From: Planctomycetota bacterium | Lineage (GTDB): Bacteria; Planctomycetota; UBA1135; UBA2386 | Direction: 5' to 3' | Assembly (NCBI GenBank): GCA_965228735.1 | Contig: OZ245838.1 | Span: forward strand, 2,912,001-2,976,000 | Length of the DNA: 64,000 bases | Shown here: piece after piece, positions 58,767-64,000 of the stretch | Layout: every line of letters begins with the position of its first letter | Position numbering within the stretch: position 1 is the stretch's first letter | Program-made: the position numbers and the translations under genes | Notes under the pieces: generated by a model | What the model was told of the DNA's origin: nothing | Seen by the model: the letters and a program-made list of their open reading frames with translations, nothing else | Database searches by the model: none

Positions 58767-59534
58767 TCAGTCCCGCGGCGAAGCCGGCAGCGCGAGCACG
58801 AAGCCCGTGCTGGCCGGACCGAGCGCATCGGCCCAGACCCGCGCCCCGAGCCGCTCGGCCGCCTGGCGGAACGTGCGGACGATCGTCGGATCGACGGAGC
58901 TCGCCGGCTCGCCCGCACCGGCGATGTGCAGCTGCGGCCCCTGGCGATCGCGGTCCGGGTCGCCGCCGCCGGCCGAGTCGATCTCGATGACGAGGGTGCT
59001 CGCATCGCGACAGCGCGCGGCGACGAGGTCGAGGCCGGCGTGCACCGTCTCGGCGAAGCGACCCATGTCGCCCCACCACAGCCGGTCCGCGTCACCGCGA
59101 ACGTGAACGGTCCGATTGCTGCCCGCCCACTGCATCGCGAGATCGCTGCAGCTGGCCGCGAGGTCGATCGGCTGCAGCCCGCGGTTGGCGTGATCAGCCT
59201 CCTCCGCCAGTTCGCGCTGCACGGCGTCGCACCACTCGAGCACGCCGAGTGCCGACTGCAGCGTCTTCTGCAGCCGCGCCCGACCCGCTTCGGCGACCGA
59301 GTCCGTGGCGTCCTCGAGGCGACTGCGCAGTTCGGTGAGGAACTGATCCTGACACGCGGCGAGCGTCGCAATGCGTTGACCGAGCCCACGCGCGACGTCC
59401 GCATCGCGATGCCAGCGGTGCGTCGGCGCCGTAGCCACGACGAGATCCCCAGCGCCGCGGCCCGGCTTGGGCAGCACGTACTCGCCGGCGGCCGCCGGCG
59501 GCCCGACGGGCGCTTCCACAGGAGGTGTCGACAT
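58767..59534 (-). CDS. Hypothetical protein resembling a degenerate histidine kinase core
   Basis: ATG 59534; helical hairpin FLTELRSRL, LQPIDLA, WGDMGRFAETV and terminal GFVLALP. Confidence 0.6.
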   Translation of the reverse strand: MSTPPVEAPVGPPAAAGEYVLPKPGRGAGDLVVATAPTHRWHRDADVARGLGQRIATLAACQDQFLTELRSRLEDATDSVAEAGRARLQKTLQSALGVLEWCDAVQRELAEEADHANRGLQPIDLAASCSDLAMQWAGSNRTVHVRGDADRLWWGDMGRFAETVHAGLDLVAARCRDASTLVIEIDSAGGGDPDRDRQGPQLHIAGAGEPASSVDPTIVRTFRQAAERLGARVWADALGPASTGFVLALPASPRD

Positions 59535-59588
59535 GCCCGTGGCATCGGCCGCCCGGGGCCCGCGGCTTGAGGGTAGCATCCGCGGGCC

Positions 59589-60734
59589 ATGCCGCGCCCC
59601 CCGCTGTCCCCGACCGAGATCCGCGAACTGGCACACGACCTGGGGTTCGAGCTCGTGCGGTTCGGCCCAGCCGGGCCCGGCGCGGACGGCGAGCGGTTCC
59701 TGGACTGGCTCGAAGCCGGGCGCCATGGCGAGATGGAGTATCTCGCGAAGAACCGCGACCGCATCGTGGAGCCGACCCGGTGGCGCGCCGGGGTGCGGTC
59801 GACGATCGCCGTCGCCGCGGACTACGGCGGGCCGCCCGGCGAGCTGCCCGGCGGCGGCCGGGTCGCGCGCTACGCGGTCGGGCGCGATTACCACCGCTGG
59901 CTCGGCACGCGGGTGACCGCGTTGCGCGATCGGCTCGAAGGCCTGGGCGTGCCGCGCGGCACGATGATCGGCGGCACCGACGCCGTGCCGGCCCTGGAGC
60001 GCGCGCTCGCGCAGCGCGCCGGGATCGGCTTCCTGGCCAAGAGCGCGATGGTGATCTCGCCGACGCACGGGCCGTACCTGCTGCTCGGCGAACTGTTGAC
60101 CGACATGGAGCTGCCCGTCGATGGGCCGGCAGCCGGCTCGTGCGGCACGTGCACCGCATGCCTCGACGCCTGCCCCACCGGCGCGATCACGGCGCCGTTC
60201 CAGGTCGACGCGCGCCGCTGCCTCAGCTACACGACGATCGAGTTGCGCGGCTTCGTGCCGGAGGCGATGCGGCGCGCGCAGGGCGACTGGCTGTTCGGCT
60301 GCGACGTGTGCCTCGAGGTCTGCCCGTTCACGCGCAAGAGCCCGGCTCTGACGCGAACGGGCGACGACCGCGACCCCGACCTGCGGCCGCATCGCGTCGT
60401 CGCGACGTGGACGATCGTCGACGTCCTGGCGATGGACGCCGACAGGTACGACGCGGAGGTGACGGGGACGGCGATGCGGCGCGCGACGCACTCGGGCCTG
60501 CGGCGCAACGCCGCGATCGTGCTCGGCAATCGGCGCGATCCAGCCGCGTTGCCGAGCCTGTCCGACGCGCTGCGCGACCCCGACCCGATCGTGCGCGGTC
60601 ACGCGGCGTGGGCGATCGGTCGCATCGAGCCGCGACACACGGCGCTCGCGACGGCGCTGCGCAACGAAGACGACACGCGCGTGCGGGCCGAGCTCGAGCA
60701 CGCACTCGCCGGCGGCGCGCAGTCGGACGAGTAG
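59589..60734 (+). CDS. queG: tRNA epoxyqueuosine(34) reductase
   Basis: ARYAVGRDYH, CGTCTACLDACPTGA, CLSYTTIE, FGCDVCLEVCP and RRNAAIVLGN. Confidence 0.96.
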   Translation: MPRPPLSPTEIRELAHDLGFELVRFGPAGPGADGERFLDWLEAGRHGEMEYLAKNRDRIVEPTRWRAGVRSTIAVAADYGGPPGELPGGGRVARYAVGRDYHRWLGTRVTALRDRLEGLGVPRGTMIGGTDAVPALERALAQRAGIGFLAKSAMVISPTHGPYLLLGELLTDMELPVDGPAAGSCGTCTACLDACPTGAITAPFQVDARRCLSYTTIELRGFVPEAMRRAQGDWLFGCDVCLEVCPFTRKSPALTRTGDDRDPDLRPHRVVATWTIVDVLAMDADRYDAEVTGTAMRRATHSGLRRNAAIVLGNRRDPAALPSLSDALRDPDPIVRGHAAWAIGRIEPRHTALATALRNEDDTRVRAELEHALAGGAQSDE

Positions 60735-60738
60735 TCCG

Positions 60739-60761
60739 ATTCGGGCGACCGTCGCCCGAAT
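60739..60761 (+). terminator. Hairpin after queG
   Basis: ATTCGGGCGAC / GTCGCCCGAAT inverted repeat. Confidence 0.5.
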
Positions 60762-60949
60762 GCGACGTTCGCAGTGATTCACCCATCGCATCGCCGGCTG
60801 CGAATCGCCCGTCGACCGCTGCCGCCCCGACCGTCTACGTCGGCCGACGGTCGTTGCCGTTCGACGGCAGGCCGGCACCGGTGGTCGCATGCACGGTTCG
60901 CGCCGATGCCATGGCGCGTCCGGCGACAATCACGCGCCGATGACGCCAG

Positions 60950-60966
60950 TTGGCAAGCGAGTTGCT
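60950..60966 (+). promoter_or_regulatory. Sigma54 (-24/-12) promoter
   Basis: TTGGCAAGCGAGTTGCT = TGGCA...TTGC with exact GG-N10-GC spacing. Confidence 0.7.
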
Positions 60967-61015
60967 CTTCACCGATCGAAGCCTGACCACCGGCAGCAAG
61001 AAGGAAGAAACGAAC

Positions 61016-61201
61016 ATGGGCACCTGCGACTACTACAACGAGACGAAGTACTGCGACGAGTGCAAGGGCTACGTCCGCTTCATGATGAGCGTCAACCATT
61101 CCTACTGCGTCGACTGCGGCAACCGCGTGCGGTTGTTCAGCCGCGAGGACAAGGAGAGCTTTCAGGAGCGGGTGCAGCGCCACAAGTGGCAGGCTTCGTA
61201 G
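61016..61201 (+). CDS. Small zinc-ribbon protein (61 aa)
   Basis: AAGAAGGAAGAAA RBS; YCDEC...YCVDCG; strong GC3 bias. Confidence 0.8.
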   Translation: MGTCDYYNETKYCDECKGYVRFMMSVNHSYCVDCGNRVRLFSREDKESFQERVQRHKWQAS

Positions 61202-61412
61202 TCGCCACCACCCCCCGAATCGCTTCGGCCCCCCCCGACGCCGAACACCACACCGCTCGCCACCACGAGGCAAGGCGAGCACCGACCGCTACCCTGATCC
61301 CCGCAACGGCCCGCCGGCTACCCAACCGGCGGGCCGCTTGCGTTCGGCGCGATGGGACCGAGCCGCGCGATCCGTGCTGGCGCCCTCGTCTGCCGCGCGT
61401 TCCAGTTCTCGG

Positions 61413-63317
61413 GTGCCGCCGCTCCCCCGCCCTGACTTCATCGCGCGCCATCGCCACCTGCTCGCGCTCGAGCGCGACGCCGAACGCGAAGCGGCCGAAC
61501 GGCTGCTGCGCGACCGCTCCGACCAGGAGTTGACGGCCCGCGGCACGACGCTGCTGCGGCTCGAGGTCGTGGACCTGTTGCCCGGTCTCGGCGGGGCCGT
61601 GCAGGCCGTCGTGCGCAGCAGCCGCAGCCAGGACGAACTGCCGGCGCACCGGCTCGGGCCCGGCGACCTCGTGGCGTTGCGCGAGCACCGCGACCGGGAC
61701 CCGGTCGCCACGGGGGTGATCGCGCGCGTGCGACGTGACACGTTGACCGTCACGCTGGACCAGGACGACGCGGATCTGCCACCGCTCGTTCGCCTCGACA
61801 AGCTCGCATCCGACGTCACGTGGCAGCGGCTCGAGGCTGCGCTCGACGACCTCGCCGGGGATCCCGAAGTCGACCGGCGCGATCTCGTCGCGACCCTGTT
61901 CCACGAGCGCGAGCCCGAGTTCGCCGAGGTTCCCGAGCCCGCGTGGTTCGACGCCACCCTCGACGATTCCCAGCGCGACGCGATCCGCCACGCGCTCGGT
62001 GCGCGCACGGTCGCGCTCGTTCATGGTCCGCCCGGCACGGGCAAGACGACGGCGCTCGTCGAGTTCATCCGGCAGGTGACGTCACGCGGCGAACGCGTGC
62101 TCGCGACTGCACCGTCGAACGTCGCGGTCGACAACGTCGCCGAACGGCTCGCGGCTGCCGGTCTGCGCATCGTCCGACTCGGTCACCCGGCGCGCGTCAG
62201 CGACGCGGTGCTCGCCACGACGCTCGCGGCTCAGGTCGAACGCGCTCCGGAACAGAAGCTGCTCAAGACGGTGCGGCGCGAGGTGGAGCAGGGGCTGCGC
62301 GCCGTGCAGCGCGCGGACGGCCGTCGGTCGCGCCGCGAGGCGCATGCCGAGGTCCGCGCCCGCCGCCGCGAACTGCGCCAGCTCGAGACCGCAATCACCC
62401 GCGGCATCGTGGACGGCGCCGAGGTCGTGCTCGCGACGAACACGGGCGCAGCCGACCGCCTGCTGCGCCATTCGACGTTCGATCAGCTCGTCATCGACGA
62501 AGCGGCGCAGGCGATCGAGGCGTCGTGCTGGATCCCGCTCGCCCGCGCGCGGCGCGTGCTGCTCGCCGGCGACCACCGGCAGTTGCCGCCGACGATCCTC
62601 TCGGCCGCGGCCATCGCCGGCGGCCTCGCGACCACGTTGTTCGAACGGTTGGTGCACCACCCCATGACCGCGGTCTGCGCGCGGCAGCTGACGCTGCAGT
62701 ACCGCATGCACGAAGCGATCATGAGCTTCTCGGCCCAGCGCTTCTACGACGGCCGGCTCCACGCCGCGCCGGCGGTCAAAGGGCACCTGCTGACGGACCT
62801 CGACGGCGTCGCGGCCAGCGCGGCGACCGCGGTGCCCCTGCGCTTCATCGACACGGCCGGGTGCGGTCACGAGGAGACGGCCGGCGACGACGACGGCTCG
62901 AAGGCCAACCCGGGCGAAGCGGCGCTCGTCCAGACGGTCGTGGACGGCCTGGTCGCGGCCGGCGTCGAGCCGGCGGCGATCGCGGTCATCACGCCGTACA
63001 ACGCGCAGGTGCAGCTGCTGCGAACGCGACTCGACACGAAGATCGAAATCGGGACGGTGGACAGCCTGCAGGGCCGCGAGCAGGAGGCCACCGTCGTGTC
63101 CCTCGTGCGCAGCAACGCAAACGCCGACGTCGGGTTCCTGCGCGAACTTCGGCGCCTCAACGTCGCGTTGACACGGGCCCGTCGGCACCTCACGGTGATC
63201 GGCGACAGCGCGACGCTCGCGGGTGACCCGGACCTCCTCGCGCTCGTCGATCATCTGCAGGAGCGCGCCGAGTATCGCAGCGGCTTCGAGTTCGAAGGCG
63301 GCGCCGACCTCGGCTGA
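61413..63317 (+). CDS. IGHMBP2/Upf1-like SF1B helicase
   Basis: GPPGTGKT, APSNVAVDN, DEAAQ, GDHRQLPP, QYRM, TPYNAQ, TVDSLQGRE and RRLNVALTRAR. Confidence 0.93.
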   Translation: MPPLPRPDFIARHRHLLALERDAEREAAERLLRDRSDQELTARGTTLLRLEVVDLLPGLGGAVQAVVRSSRSQDELPAHRLGPGDLVALREHRDRDPVATGVIARVRRDTLTVTLDQDDADLPPLVRLDKLASDVTWQRLEAALDDLAGDPEVDRRDLVATLFHEREPEFAEVPEPAWFDATLDDSQRDAIRHALGARTVALVHGPPGTGKTTALVEFIRQVTSRGERVLATAPSNVAVDNVAERLAAAGLRIVRLGHPARVSDAVLATTLAAQVERAPEQKLLKTVRREVEQGLRAVQRADGRRSRREAHAEVRARRRELRQLETAITRGIVDGAEVVLATNTGAADRLLRHSTFDQLVIDEAAQAIEASCWIPLARARRVLLAGDHRQLPPTILSAAAIAGGLATTLFERLVHHPMTAVCARQLTLQYRMHEAIMSFSAQRFYDGRLHAAPAVKGHLLTDLDGVAASAATAVPLRFIDTAGCGHEETAGDDDGSKANPGEAALVQTVVDGLVAAGVEPAAIAVITPYNAQVQLLRTRLDTKIEIGTVDSLQGREQEATVVSLVRSNANADVGFLRELRRLNVALTRARRHLTVIGDSATLAGDPDLLALVDHLQERAEYRSGFEFEGGADLG

Positions 63318-63477
63318 GCGAGGGGGCTCGGACCTGCTATGCTTCTGCGGCGCGCGCGCCCGCCCGCCACCTCGCAGAACCCCGCTGCACCTTCGCCGTC
63401 CGCCTTCCGCACGCCACCCCAGCGTGCCACTCCCTTGTGCCACCCTCGCATGAAGGGAGCGTGTAGCCAGCTTGAAC

Positions 63478-64000
63478 ATGACCCGATCCGTCCTCCTCGC
63501 AATCGTGCTCGCCGCGGGCACGGCGCAGGCCCAGCTGCCGTGCTGGATCGCCGACTACGGCACCAACCTCGCACTCGGTGACGAGTCCGTCTCGGCGCCC
63601 CAGGCCCTCGGCTTCAGCTTCGCGTTCGATGGCGGCACGTGGACGGCCATCCAGGTCTGCGACAACGGCTACGTCACGCTCGGCGGCGGCGGCGGTCAGG
63701 CCGACCCCGATCCCGATCCCGTCGCCCTCAACGGCGCGGCGTTCGCGCGCATCTGCCCGTTCTGGGTCGACCTCGACCCGAGCGCCGGCGGCAGCGGCAA
63801 CGTCTGGTTCAACGCGGTCCCGGCCAACGGCACCGACCCCGCGCACGCAGTGATCACGTGGCGCGGCGTCTACGAGTTTCGCGGGCTCACGCCGCACACG
63901 TTCCAGCTCGTGCTGATCGATGGCGGCGCGATCCGCTGCGCCTACGGTCAGGACATCGCGCACAACACGTCGCCGTGGCTCGTCGGCGCGAGTCCGGGCG
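63478..64000 (+). CDS. Secreted protein with NIDO-like domain, partial (runs off right edge)
   Basis: MTRSVLLAIVLAAGTAQAQ signal; LGFSFAF, CDNGYVTL, ICPFWVDL and TFQLVL; open to the end of the window. Confidence 0.8.
   Translation, partial: MTRSVLLAIVLAAGTAQAQLPCWIADYGTNLALGDESVSAPQALGFSFAFDGGTWTAIQVCDNGYVTLGGGGGQADPDPDPVALNGAAFARICPFWVDLDPSAGGSGNVWFNAVPANGTDPAHAVITWRGVYEFRGLTPHTFQLVLIDGGAIRCAYGQDIAHNTSPWLVGASPG

Noticed and set aside
61413..63317. Anti-phage defence system built on the SF1 helicase
   Set aside because: No nuclease fusion or defence-type neighbours; it looks like a stand-alone IGHMBP2-family helicase.

Overview
A high-GC, densely coding bacterial chromosomal window. It is most consistent with a Planctomycetota genome (inference from a TIGR02999-type ECF sigma/Ser-Thr kinase pair, a DUF1570-like protein, a prenyltransferase-repeat protein and many secreted proteins cleaved before 'AQ'). 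About 50 CDS are supported. Housekeeping genes include a stand-alone fusA, queD, queG, mdh, nagA, glpD, gmhA, ETF-QO and an IGHMBP2-like helicase. Envelope genes include two AftB-like and one TMEM260-like GT-C glycosyltransferase. There are four ECF sigma factors with three different partner types. No rRNA, tRNA, CRISPR array, transposase or integrase was recognised. Main candidates for novelty: (1) a ~250-nt, highly structured + strand ncRNA at ~4315-4570 behind an ECF-type promoter; (2) two ECF sigma/membrane LRR anti-sigma modules, one followed by a secreted LRR paralogue; (3) a pseudo-histidine-kinase, ECF, soluble ZAS-TPR and secreted-protein cassette; (4) an exported tandem beta-carbonic anhydrase with one dead domain and a His-rich stalk; (5) a gene split by an in-frame TGA; (6) a 61-aa zinc-ribbon protein behind a sigma54-type promoter. 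All calls come from reading motifs by eye; no database searches were run.
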